64,000 nt of DNA from an uncultured Chloroflexia bacterium (lineage in GTDB: Bacteria; Chloroflexota; Dehalococcoidia; DSTF01; JALHUB01), in the NCBI GenBank assembly GCA_963726245.1, contig CAVSBT010000030.1, forward strand, positions 128,001 through 192,000, given 5' to 3'. The notes below the pieces were generated by a model, which saw nothing but the letters and a program-made list of their open reading frames with translations, ran no database searches and was not told the DNA's origin. The first letter of the stretch is position 1. Every line of letters starts with the position of its first letter. This document shows, in pieces, positions 48,247 through 59,658 of this stretch. Made by a program: the position numbers and the translations under genes.

Positions 48247-49803
48247 ATGAAGAGCTATTTGCCGCCTCGCTTCAGAATTCACAGGCAGGAGGACCGCTGC
48301 ATCCGCTGCCAGGTCTGCGTGCGCCAGTGCAGCTTCGGCGCCCAGGCCTACGACGCCCTGGATGACGTCGTCGTCGGCCACGACGAGCGCTGCGTCGCCT
48401 GCCATCGCTGCGTGGTCTTCTGCCCCACCCAGGCCCTGACCGTCACCAGCAACCCCCTGGAGTACCGAGAGAACTTCAACTGGCGTCCGGAGGTCATCGA
48501 GGACATCATCAAGCAGTCGGAGACAGGGGGCATGCTCCTGACGGGCATGGGCAACGACAAGCCCCACCCCATCTACTGGGACCACTTGCTGCTCAACGCC
48601 AGCCAGGTGACCAACCCATCGATCGATCCGCTGCGGGAGCCGATGGAGCTGCGCACCTACCTGGGCCGCAAGCCGGACCGGGTAGAGGTGGGCGTTGGCG
48701 CGGGCCCAGACAGCGCCCCGCCCGGCGGCGGCCATCCGGCCGGCAACGGCTCCCTGAAGCTGAAGACGCGCATCGCGCCGCAGGTGGCGATAGAGGTGCC
48801 GATGCTCTTCTCGGCCATGTCCTACGGAGCGGTCAGCCTGAACGCACACGAGTCCCTGGCCCGAGCCGCCTACGAATCCGGCACTCTCTTCAACACCGGC
48901 GAGGGCGGGCTCCACCCCAAGCTCTACCGCTACGGCGACAACACCATCGTGCAGGTGGCCTCGGGGCGCTTCGGGGTGCACCCGGAGTACCTTGCAGCGG
49001 GGCGCATCATCGAGATCAAGATCGGCCAGGGGGCGAAGCCGGGCATCGGCGGGCACCTGCCGGCCGAGAAGGTGAGCGCGGACGTGGCGTCGACCCGCAT
49101 GATCCCCGCCGGCACCGACGCGCTTTCGCCGGCGCCCCACCACGACATCTACTCCATCGAAGACCTGTCGCAGCTCATCTACGCCCTGAAGGAGGCGACC
49201 CACTACGAGAAGCCGATCTGCGTGAAGATAGCCGCTGTCCACAACTCGGCGGCCATCGCCAGCGGCATGGTGCGCGCCGGCGCCGATATCATCGCCCTGG
49301 ACGGCCTGCGCGGCTCCACCGGCGCCGCCCCTAAGGTCATCCGCGACAACGTGGGCATACCGATCGAGCTGGCCATCGCCGCCGTCGACACCCGACTGCG
49401 ACAGGAGGGCATCCGCAACCAGGCGTCGCTCCTCGTCGCCGGCGGCTTCCGGGGCAGCGCCGACATCATCAAGGCGATCGCCCTGGGCGCCGACGCCGTC
49501 TACATCGGCACCGCCGCCCTCATCGCCCTGGGCTGCACCGTCTGCCAGCAGTGCCACACCGGTCGCTGCGCCTGGGGCATCTGCACCACCGACCCGGCCC
49601 TCAGCAGGCGCCTCAACCCGGAGATCGGCACCCGCCGGCTGGTGAACCTGCTGCGAGGCTGGGAGCTGGAGATCAAGGACATGCTGGGCGGCATGGGCAT
49701 CAACGCCCTGGAGAGCCTCCGCGGCAACCGCGACCACCTCCGCGGCATCGGCCTGACCGACAGCGAGCTGCAGGTGCTCGGTGTGAGGCTGGCGGGGACG
49801 TGA
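48247..49803 (+). CDS. Glutamate synthase FMN-binding subunit (GltB2) with N-terminal ferredoxin
   Basis: CIRCQVCVRQC, AMSYGA, NTGEGG, QVASGRFGV, KIGQGAKPGIGGHLP, CTVCQQCHTGRCAWGI. Confidence 0.93.
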   Translation: MKSYLPPRFRIHRQEDRCIRCQVCVRQCSFGAQAYDALDDVVVGHDERCVACHRCVVFCPTQALTVTSNPLEYRENFNWRPEVIEDIIKQSETGGMLLTGMGNDKPHPIYWDHLLLNASQVTNPSIDPLREPMELRTYLGRKPDRVEVGVGAGPDSAPPGGGHPAGNGSLKLKTRIAPQVAIEVPMLFSAMSYGAVSLNAHESLARAAYESGTLFNTGEGGLHPKLYRYGDNTIVQVASGRFGVHPEYLAAGRIIEIKIGQGAKPGIGGHLPAEKVSADVASTRMIPAGTDALSPAPHHDIYSIEDLSQLIYALKEATHYEKPICVKIAAVHNSAAIASGMVRAGADIIALDGLRGSTGAAPKVIRDNVGIPIELAIAAVDTRLRQEGIRNQASLLVAGGFRGSADIIKAIALGADAVYIGTAALIALGCTVCQQCHTGRCAWGICTTDPALSRRLNPEIGTRRLVNLLRGWELEIKDMLGGMGINALESLRGNRDHLRGIGLTDSELQVLGVRLAGT

Positions 49804-49816
49804 GGGCGATGCGCAG

Positions 49817-50566
49817 ATGGTTAGCACGCCGGTTGTCATCGATGCCGCCGGGCTCCACTACAGCGAGCTGAACCACTCGCTGCGGGAGGCCGTTCTCGCC
49901 GGCCAGCGCCACATCGAGGTGCGCAACGTCTACGGCCAGCGCTACATCGGCACCAACCTCGCCGCGCCGGTTCACCTGGAGGTCTTCGGGACGCCCGGCA
50001 ACGACCTGGGCGCCTTCATGGACGGGCCGACGATCGTCGTTCACGGCAACGCCCAGGACGGCTGCGGCAACACCATGAACGAGGGCCAGATCGTGGTGCA
50101 CGGACGGGCCGGGGACATCACCGGCCTCTCCGCCCGCGGCGGCAAGATCTTCATCCGCGACGGCGTGGGCTACCGGGTAGGCATCCACATGAAGGAATAC
50201 GAGGCCAAACGCCCCTGCCTGGTGGTCGGCGGCACGGCGCAGGACTTCCTGGGCGAGTACATGGCCGGCGGCGTGCTGGTCGTGCTGGGGCTGGAGCTAC
50301 GAGAAGGCGAGCCGCACCGCGCCCGCTTCATCGGCACCGGCATGCACGGCGGCGTCATCTACCTGCGAGGTCAGGTCGAGCAGCAGCAGCTAGGCCGCGA
50401 GGTGGGCGTCGCCGAGCTCGATGACGATGACCGCGCCACGCTCGAAGGGCTGGTGCGCGAGTTCTGCCACCACTTCGGCCACAACGAGCGCCAGATCCTC
50501 GACGCGGAGTTCGTGAAGCTCTTCCCCCTCTACCTGCGTCCCTACGGAAGACTCTACGCCTACTAG
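49817..50566 (+). CDS. Glutamate synthase GXGXG (GltB3) subunit
   Basis: GQRYIG, GTPGNDLGAFM, GEYMAGG, GTGMHGG. Confidence 0.92.
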   Translation: MVSTPVVIDAAGLHYSELNHSLREAVLAGQRHIEVRNVYGQRYIGTNLAAPVHLEVFGTPGNDLGAFMDGPTIVVHGNAQDGCGNTMNEGQIVVHGRAGDITGLSARGGKIFIRDGVGYRVGIHMKEYEAKRPCLVVGGTAQDFLGEYMAGGVLVVLGLELREGEPHRARFIGTGMHGGVIYLRGQVEQQQLGREVGVAELDDDDRATLEGLVREFCHHFGHNERQILDAEFVKLFPLYLRPYGRLYAY

Positions 50567-50594
50567 CGGCGAACATCCCACGACGAGACCCAAC

Positions 50595-50626
50595 AAGAGG
50601 CCGGGCCCTAGCGGGTCCGGCCTCTT
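50595..50626. terminator. Bidirectional terminator between gltB3 and acs
   Basis: AAGAGGCCGGGCCC-TAGC-GGGTCCGGCCTCTT. Confidence 0.75.
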
Positions 50627-50660
50627 AGCGTTTCGGTCTGGCGACCTAATGAGGAGGTGG

Positions 50661-52576
<1,916 letters not shown>

Positions 52577-53026
52577 GCTTGTGTGTCTCCTTTGTGCTGT
52601 TACGCTGCAATGGCGGGGCTGCAGGCTATTTCAGGCTGCCGCCGTGAAGGGGCGGTCAGCGAGTCTCCGATCCAAGGGCGGATCCCGGTCGAAGACACGG
52701 TGCCATGTCCTCGACCAAGGGCCGCGACGGTCCTCTGCTTCCCAGACCCCCCCGGGTCCCGCAGCAAGCGGTCGTTTGTCTGAGAGTATCGCTTCAGGGG
52801 CGGCTGCTTACCTTAGTCGGTTGCGGCCTACTCAGTCCTGATAGTATTCCTTTTCACCAAACGGTAAGTCTATCACCCTAAGTGGGCTAGTGGAAGTCCC
52901 CACCTGGCTTCGGGCGGACTCTTCTTGCGGCATGAGCACGACTTGTCTCCGGCGGCGGGCGCGTTATGATGAGGGCCGGTTCCGCCAAGAGGTCCGGCTG
53001 CGTCCGCGCAAGGAGGAGGAGAGGAG

Positions 53027-53515
53027 TTGGACGTCTACACCTGCATCCGCACCAAGAGGGACACCCGCGCCTACGACAGCAGGCACATCGCCGAGGACGC
53101 GCTTCAGCGCATCCTACAGGCCGGCCGCATGGCCGGCAGCGCCAAGAACCTCCAGCCCTGCCGCTTCGTGGTCCTCCAGGACGAGGCCAGGAAGAAGGAG
53201 CTTTCCACCTGCGGCCAGTTCGCCACCCACATCGTCACGGCGCCGGTCGTGGTGGCGGTTGTCGTGCCCCAGGATGGGCGGGAGTTCGACGCCGGCCGCA
53301 GCGCCCAGAACATGATGCTGGCCGCCTGGGCCGAGGGCGTCGCCTCCTGCCCGGTCACCATGCACGACGCCTCATGCGCCCATCGAGTGCTCGGCCTCCC
53401 CGACACGCACCGCGTCTCCATCGTCCTCGCCTTCGGCTACCCAGCGGCAGGCGAGAGACGCCGCCCCAGCCCGCGCCTTCCCCTCGACGAGCTGGTACAC
53501 CACGAGCGCTGGTAG
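53027..53515 (+). CDS. Nitroreductase family protein
   Basis: IRTKRDTRAY, AGSAKNLQP, DAGRSAQNMMLAAWAEGV, AFGYP. Confidence 0.92.
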   Translation: MDVYTCIRTKRDTRAYDSRHIAEDALQRILQAGRMAGSAKNLQPCRFVVLQDEARKKELSTCGQFATHIVTAPVVVAVVVPQDGREFDAGRSAQNMMLAAWAEGVASCPVTMHDASCAHRVLGLPDTHRVSIVLAFGYPAAGERRRPSPRLPLDELVHHERW

Positions 53516-53565
53516 GGGCAGAAACCACACCTCGAGGCTCCGAGGCGCAGCGCCCGGCCCCGATG

Positions 53566-54387
53566 TTAGCGGCCCGAAGGCGGCGCGCCGCAGAACTCGG
53601 CGTAGTCGATGAGAGCTGTGATTGTGGGCTTGTCGCCGCAGACCGGGCAGGAAGGGTTGCGCCGGATGCGCAGGGTGCGGAACTCCATCGTCAGAGCGTC
53701 GAAGACCAGCAGGCGGCCCGCCAGGGACGTGCCGATGCCCAGCAGGAGCTTGATGGTCTCCAGCGCCTGGATGGTCCCTATGATGCCCGGCAGGACACCC
53801 AGAAGGCCCGTTTGAGCGGCGGGGGGCAACGTGCCCGGCGGCGGCGGCTCCGGGTAGAGGCAGCGGTAGCACCCCTGCCCCGGCAGGAACACCGTCGCCT
53901 GGCCGTCGAAGCGGAAGACGCTGGCCTCGACGATGGGGCGGCCGGTTAGCACGCAGGCATCGTTGACCAAGTAGCGGGTCGGGAAGTTGTCGCAGGTGCT
54001 CATGACGACGTCGTAGCCCGCGATGATCTCCAGAGCGTTGGCGGTGGAGAGGCCCTCGCGATGACGCACCACCTGCACTTCGGGATTGATGTCGGCGATG
54101 GCCTCCGCCGCTGAGTCGACCTTGGGTCGACCCAGGTCGTGGACGTGGTGGAGGATCTGGCGCTGGAGGTTAGAGATGTCCACGTCGTCGAAGTCAACGA
54201 GACCCAAGGTTCCGACGCCGGCCGCCGCCAGGTAGAGGGCGGCAGGCGAGCCCAGCCCGCCTACGCCGACGAGAAGCACCTTGGACTGCAGCAGCTTGCG
54301 CTGGCCCTCGTCGCCAACCTCGGGCAGTAGGACCAGGTGGCGGCTGTATCGACCGGCCTGCTCCTCGGTCCAGTCAGCCTTAGCCAT
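53566..54387 (-). CDS. moeB: MoeB/ThiF family adenylyltransferase
   Basis: RYSRH, VGVGGLGSP, SNLQRQ, DNFPTRYLVND, CYRC, CPVC. Confidence 0.88.
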   Translation of the reverse strand: MAKADWTEEQAGRYSRHLVLLPEVGDEGQRKLLQSKVLLVGVGGLGSPAALYLAAAGVGTLGLVDFDDVDISNLQRQILHHVHDLGRPKVDSAAEAIADINPEVQVVRHREGLSTANALEIIAGYDVVMSTCDNFPTRYLVNDACVLTGRPIVEASVFRFDGQATVFLPGQGCYRCLYPEPPPPGTLPPAAQTGLLGVLPGIIGTIQALETIKLLLGIGTSLAGRLLVFDALTMEFRTLRIRRNPSCPVCGDKPTITALIDYAEFCGAPPSGR

Positions 54388-55286
54388 CAGCGGCCACTCC
54401 TCTCCCAAATAGCTCCATAAATGACAGTATCTCGGCGGCGATGGCCTCGCCCTTCTCCTCCTGTAAGAAATGCCCTGCCCCTTCGATGACCTTGAATTGG
54501 GCGCCTGGGATCAGCCCCTGAAAGCGACGACCGGCCTCCACCGGAAAGATGGGATCTTGGTCGCTGAACATCACGAGGGCCGGCTTGTCCCAGCGGGCCA
54601 GCGCCTCCAGCGTCTCCATCATCTCCCGGGCTCCCGGCGCCTCCGCGCTGGTGGGGATGATGGCGGGGAAGGCCCGCGCGCCTGCCTTCGACTCCGGGTC
54701 AGGGAAGGGGGCATCGTAGGCGCGCACGATGTCCTCGGTGGCCAGGTCGCGGTTGTGGAGCCCCTGCTGAACGATGCTTCCCACGGGCAGGTCCGGCGTC
54801 TGCGTCGCGTACTCGCGCCAGGCGCGCATGCCCTCCGGCAAGACGGCGCCCTCCGCAAAGAGCCCTGTGTTCAGGATAACCAGCCGCGCCACGCGCTCTG
54901 GGTGCTGGGTAGCAAAGCGGAGGCCGAGGGGACCCGCCCCAGTCCTGTACGACAACGGTGATGTCGCGCAGGTCCAGCGCCCCGATGAAGCCTTCCACCA
55001 CCCGGTAGTGGGCATCGAAGGTGTACTTCTCTATCTCCGTCCACTTGTCGGAGCGGCCAAAGCCCACGTAGTCCGGGGCCACGGCGCGGTGGCGCCGGGC
55101 GATGGGCGGGATCATCTTCCGGTAGAGGTACGACCAGGTGGGCTCGCCGTGGAGCATCAACACCGGCGGGCCCCGACCCTCATCGACGTAGTGGACCCGC
55201 ATCCCCTCGACCTCGACATAGTGGGGCTGGAAGGGGTAGCCGGGCAGGTCCCGGAAGCGCTCGTCGGGAGTGCGGTAAACGGCCAT
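54380..55286 (-). CDS. Haloalkane dehalogenase (frameshift near 54935)
   Basis: RTPDERF, HGEPTWSYLYRKMIP, GFGRSDK, VQDWGG nucleophile, AYDAPFP, GHFLQE. Confidence 0.93.
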
Positions 55287-55454
55287 TCAACACCTCGCGA
55301 TCCACCCTGACCTGTGCCGCTGAGACGATGGTAGGCCAGAGGCGGACAGCAGAGCAACTGCTCAAGGCGATCTCCTATAATGGGCTTGCGGTAAAGCGGC
55401 ACGGCGGCCGCCAGCGAGACGCCGCATTCCATCACGTCAAAGGAGGATACTGCA

Positions 55455-55844
55455 ATGCCGGCCAAGATCTCAGAGGATATCAGGAAGCTGCTGGAGGCTC
55501 CCAACTTCGCCAGCCTGGCCACCCTGATGCCGGACGGCTCGCCCCAGGTCAGCCCGGTCTGGGTGGACTTCGACGGGACGTACATCCTGGTCAACACGGC
55601 CGAGGGCCGCCAGAAGCCCCGCAACGTGCGCCATGACCCGCGAGTCGCCCTATCGATCTTCGACCACCAGAACCCTTACACTGCCGCCACCGTGCGCGGC
55701 CGTGTGGTGGAGATCACCCACGACGGCGCCGATCAGCACATCGATCGCATGGCGAAGAAGTATCTGGGCCGCGACATCTACCCATTCCGCCAGCCGGGCG
55801 AGCGCCGCGTCATCTTCAAGATCGAGCCTGAGCACGTCACTTGA
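55455..55844 (+). CDS. PPOX-class F420-dependent oxidoreductase
   Basis: LATLMPDGSPQVSPVW, RQKPRNVRHDPRVAL, KKYLG, GERRV. Confidence 0.92.
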   Translation: MPAKISEDIRKLLEAPNFASLATLMPDGSPQVSPVWVDFDGTYILVNTAEGRQKPRNVRHDPRVALSIFDHQNPYTAATVRGRVVEITHDGADQHIDRMAKKYLGRDIYPFRQPGERRVIFKIEPEHVT

Positions 55845-55900
55845 TGGGGGGTTAAGCCCCCGACAAATGCAGGACATAATAGGGAGAACGGAGTAGAATA

Positions 55901-56007
55901 GGGGACACTGTCTCCGGTCGAGCTTCCAGCTTAGGGAGAGGCTCCGGGGGCAGCGGCGACTGTACACCCTAAGATTGTGAGTCGCGCTCGGCGGAGGCAC
56001 TATCCCC
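55901..56007 (+). ncRNA. Candidate structured leader RNA (three-way junction with kissing loops), unassigned
   Basis: Closing stem 55901-55916/55992-56007 and two inner hairpins whose loops CTTAGGG (55930-55936) and CCCTAAG (55967-55973) are complementary. Confidence 0.55.
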
Positions 56008-56041
56008 CGTCCCGCGCGACGGACACAGGAGGTCACAGGTC

Positions 56042-57472
56042 ATGATCACTTCTGAGCAGTATCGGGAGCGTCTGCTCGGCATGAGGCCGAACGTCTACAT
56101 CGACGGGGAGGTCGTCCCTCGCGACGACCCGCGCATGCTCCCCGGGGTCAACGTCACCGCCCTCACCTACGACCTGGCCCGCGATGCCGAGCTGGAACCG
56201 CTCACCACCGTCACCTCTCACCTCACGGGCGAGACGATTAACCGCTTCTGCCACATCCACCAGAGCGTCGACGACCTGCTGGCCAAGCAGAAGATGACGC
56301 GCCTCTGCTGTCAGCGCGGCGGAGGCTGCATCCAGCGCTGCATGGGCATCGACGCCATGAACGCCCTCTCCGTCGTCACGTATGACACAGACCAGGCCAT
56401 GGGCACCGACTACCACAAGCGCTTCCTCGCCTACCTCGAGTACTTCCAGGCGAACGACATCTGCGCCAACTGCGCCCAGACCGACGTCAAGGGCGACCGC
56501 AGCAAGCGGCCCCACCAGCAGGCCGACCCTGACCTCTACCTGCGCATCGTCGAGCGGCGCTCCGACGGCATCGTGGTGCGGGGCGCCAAGGCCCACAACA
56601 CCATCGCGCCCCACGCCGACGAGATCATCGCCCTGCCCACCCGCTTCCTCACGGAGGAGGAGAGCGACTGGGCGGTGGCCTTCGCCATCCCCGCCGACAC
56701 TGAAGGGGTTCACCTGGTCTGCCGGGCCAGCTCGCCGCGGCCGCGGATGCGCCTGCACGCCCCCATCGCCGAGTACGGCGACGTGGAGTCGCTGACCATC
56801 TTCGACGACGTCTTCGTGCCCTGGGAGCGGGTCTTCATGGCCGGCGAGCGGCAGTTCGCCGGGCCGCTGGCTCTCCTCTTCGCCCTCTATCACCGCCACA
56901 GCTACACCGGCTGCAAGCCCGCCACCTCCGACGTGCTCATGGGCGCCGCCGCCCTGGTCGCCGAGTACAACGGCGTGGAGACGGCCCAGCACGTCCGCCA
57001 CAAGCTGGCCGACCTCATCGGAGTGGCGGAGTTGGTCTACGCCGCCGGCATCGCCGGGGCGGTCACCGGCAAGCGGGCCCCCTCCGGCACCTACGTTCCC
57101 GATGTCATCTACTGCAACGTGGGCCGCCGCCACGCTGGCGAGAACATCTACCATGAGACCGAGATCCTGGCGGACCTGGCGGGCGGGCTGGCCGCTACCC
57201 TGCCGACGGAGGGCGACTTCTACAACGAGGTCACCGGTCCCCTGCTCGAGAAGTACATGATGCGCAACCCCAAGATCTCGGCCGAGAACCAGCACCGCTG
57301 CTTCCGCATGATCGGTGACCTCATCTGCTCGGGGCTGGGAGGCGTGAAACAGATCGCCGGGCTTCACGGCGGCGGCTCGCCGGTGATGGAGACCATCGCC
57401 CTCCTGGGCAACTACGATCTGGAGGCGAAGAAGGCCATCGCCCGCCGCCTGGCCGGCATCGACCGCGACTAG
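56042..57472 (+). CDS. abfD: 4-hydroxybutyryl-CoA dehydratase/vinylacetyl-CoA isomerase (HpaB/AbfD family)
   Basis: Fe-S ligands in CIQRCMG and HRHSYTGCK, QTDVKGDRS, GAKAH, HGGGSP; the Cys ligands distinguish it from HpaB monooxygenases. Confidence 0.82.
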   Translation: MITSEQYRERLLGMRPNVYIDGEVVPRDDPRMLPGVNVTALTYDLARDAELEPLTTVTSHLTGETINRFCHIHQSVDDLLAKQKMTRLCCQRGGGCIQRCMGIDAMNALSVVTYDTDQAMGTDYHKRFLAYLEYFQANDICANCAQTDVKGDRSKRPHQQADPDLYLRIVERRSDGIVVRGAKAHNTIAPHADEIIALPTRFLTEEESDWAVAFAIPADTEGVHLVCRASSPRPRMRLHAPIAEYGDVESLTIFDDVFVPWERVFMAGERQFAGPLALLFALYHRHSYTGCKPATSDVLMGAAALVAEYNGVETAQHVRHKLADLIGVAELVYAAGIAGAVTGKRAPSGTYVPDVIYCNVGRRHAGENIYHETEILADLAGGLAATLPTEGDFYNEVTGPLLEKYMMRNPKISAENQHRCFRMIGDLICSGLGGVKQIAGLHGGGSPVMETIALLGNYDLEAKKAIARRLAGIDRD

Positions 57473-57500
57473 CAGCGCCCATCAGCGCAACCGACACGAA

Positions 57501-57530
57501 GAGAGGGCGGCCCAACGGCCGCCCTCCTCT
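57501..57530. terminator. Hairpin between convergent genes
   Basis: GAGGGCGGCC-CAAC-GGCCGCCCTC. Confidence 0.65.
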
Positions 57531-57549
57531 GATTCAGCGCTTCCCCTCT

Positions 57550-59433
57550 TTAGGCGGCCCGGGCCCGATTCTCCGCCTTCAGTATCTTGACGAAGATGTC
57601 GACGAGGCGGGGGTCGAACCTGGTGCCAGCGCCGGCCTCGAACTCGGCGATGATCTCGTCTGCGGAGAGCGCCTTGCGGTACGGCCGGTCCAGACACATC
57701 GCGGAGTAGGCATCGGCAATGGCCATGACGCGGCCCAGCAGCGGGATGTCCTCGCCCCGGAGACCCCTGGGGTAGCCGCTACCGTCGTAGCTCTCGTGGT
57801 GACAGCCCACCGCCTGGATGACATCCTCCAAGAAGGGCGCCTCCCGGATCAGCATCTCGCCGACCAGGGGATGACGCTTGATCACGTCATACTCCTCGCT
57901 AGTCAGCGGGCCGGGCTTCTTCAGGATATCGTCGGGGACGACGAGCTTGCCGACGTCGTGCAGTACACCGGCGATGCGTGTCGCCCGCACCGCCCCGTCG
58001 GAGAGGCCAGCCCGAAGCGATAGCTTCGCGGCGTACTCGGCCACCAGGTCGCTATGGGTCTTGGTGTAGCGGTCGCGGTACTGGATAGCCTGCACCAGGC
58101 CGTCCAGGGTGGCAAAAACGCTCTCGACGCGCTCATCACCCGCGGCCACCACGCGGGGCCCCTGGCGGTCGACTGCCACCAGCCGCTTGGCCTCGTAGGT
58201 GGCGGCGTCGGCCACGGCCAGCAGGTGGTCCTTGGACTCGGTGTCCTCAGGGAAAGACGCCAGGCCCACTGACAGGCTGACGGGAACCCGCGCTCCGTCG
58301 CTGGCCTGAAACTCAATCTCGCCGACGGCATCCGTCAGGCGGTCGGCGAAGGCCTTCGCCGCCGCTTTGTTGGCGCCCGGGAGTATGACCAGGAACGTGT
58401 CGCCGCCGTAGCGGCTCAGTATCCCCGAGTCGCCGCTGATCCGCCGGAGAACCCCTGCCACCAGCCTCAGCACCTCGTCGCCGAGCGCATGTCCGTAGGT
58501 ATCGTTGAACAGCTTGAACCCGGCAATGTCGCCGAGGAGGATGGAAAGCGGCTCACCTCGGGAGGACGCCCGCTCGAAAGCCTCGTCCAGGGAGACGTGA
58601 CCGTAGCGGTGGTTCAGAAGTCCGGTGATTGGATCCGTGGTGGCCTGCGTCTCCATCTCGTCCGCCATGGCGTTGAAGGAGCGGGCCAGCTCCCCCAGGT
58701 GGCCCTTGCTGAGAGTGGGTGCCCGCAAGCTTATCTCGCCTTCGCGAATGCGGCGGGTAGTGGAGGTCAACTCGGCCAGCGGCCTCTTGATGAAGGCGCG
58801 AAGAGCAAGCCATAGGGCCAGCCATAAGCCGACGACGAGTGCACCGCCCATGAGCGCATTCGCGAGCACAATGGCCATCGCGTCCTCGTGCAGACCCGGC
58901 ATGTCGACACGCACCCTGGCAACGCCGGAGATCTGGCCCCCCGAGTCCGTCACCCCTGTCCAGTATTCCTCCTCGAACTCGCCACCTCTCAAGAGTTGGA
59001 GCAGGGTAAGTTCGCCCACACGGCGGCCACCCTCCGACCCCGAGTCCACCGCCCAGATGAAGGACGAGCTGAAGCCCTGGAGCGCCTCTTGCATGGGCGC
59101 CAGGTCCGCCCGTGACGGCGCCGACCCGGGGCTCGTCGTCAAGAGGCGGCTGCCATCCGGTGCGTAGGCCTCCAGAAGAGTGATATTGGCGACCTTGGCT
59201 GCAGCGAGGCTCTGCAGTTCATCGAGGGAAAGGGGTAAGGCGCCGCTCTCCGCGTAGGACGGCGCGTACTTACCAGCCAGGACCTCTGCAACCGTGTAGA
59301 GCGCACGGCTGGATTGCTGTGCTTCTTGTACTCGCTGGTCTACCTGGCGCTTGATCGATACGACGCTGCCGACCACGACAATGCTCAGCGCGACGATCAT
59401 GACCGAGAGCCAGACCTTCGTCGTTAGGTGCAA
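57550..59433 (-). CDS. Membrane sensor HAMP-GGDEF-HD-GYP protein
   Basis: Two TM helices, HAMP (ELARSFNAMA), TDPITGLLN, RYGGDTF, HDVGK, HHESYDGSGYP. Confidence 0.92.
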   Translation of the reverse strand: MHLTTKVWLSVMIVALSIVVVGSVVSIKRQVDQRVQEAQQSSRALYTVAEVLAGKYAPSYAESGALPLSLDELQSLAAAKVANITLLEAYAPDGSRLLTTSPGSAPSRADLAPMQEALQGFSSSFIWAVDSGSEGGRRVGELTLLQLLRGGEFEEEYWTGVTDSGGQISGVARVRVDMPGLHEDAMAIVLANALMGGALVVGLWLALWLALRAFIKRPLAELTSTTRRIREGEISLRAPTLSKGHLGELARSFNAMADEMETQATTDPITGLLNHRYGHVSLDEAFERASSRGEPLSILLGDIAGFKLFNDTYGHALGDEVLRLVAGVLRRISGDSGILSRYGGDTFLVILPGANKAAAKAFADRLTDAVGEIEFQASDGARVPVSLSVGLASFPEDTESKDHLLAVADAATYEAKRLVAVDRQGPRVVAAGDERVESVFATLDGLVQAIQYRDRYTKTHSDLVAEYAAKLSLRAGLSDGAVRATRIAGVLHDVGKLVVPDDILKKPGPLTSEEYDVIKRHPLVGEMLIREAPFLEDVIQAVGCHHESYDGSGYPRGLRGEDIPLLGRVMAIADAYSAMCLDRPYRKALSADEIIAEFEAGAGTRFDPRLVDIFVKILKAENRARAA

Positions 59434-59658
59434 GAACGCACCTTCCCACCCGTCCCCACGCGCTACGAACCCGCCAGTCGGCTAACAGACGCCAACGGCT
59501 TAGTCCTCTTGGCATTATCGGCTGTCGCGAAGGCAACAATTAGGGAACGGAGGGCGTACGCCAAACGGTCGAAACCCCGCGGCGCTTGGCTGTAGCTGCG
59601 CTTCGTCGTATGATGGCGCTCGGAAAATAGAAGCTAAGTACCCGCAAAGGAGCTAACC

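Noticed and set aside
48235-49839. Long antisense ORFs (also 9662..11071, 13832..15007, 24970..26256, 56033..57367)
   Set aside because: Shadow ORFs opposite well-supported genes, expected from high-GC codon bias
55878-55970. Cobalamin riboswitch or SRP RNA
   Set aside because: AATAGGGA and ACTGT fragments occur, but the P4-P6 pairing and B12 box are missing; the SRP S-domain GGAAGCAGC motif is absent
56042-57472. abfD as evidence of autotrophic 4-hydroxybutyrate carbon fixation
   Set aside because: AbfD homologs are common in fermentative and beta-oxidation contexts; no diagnostic cycle genes are adjacent
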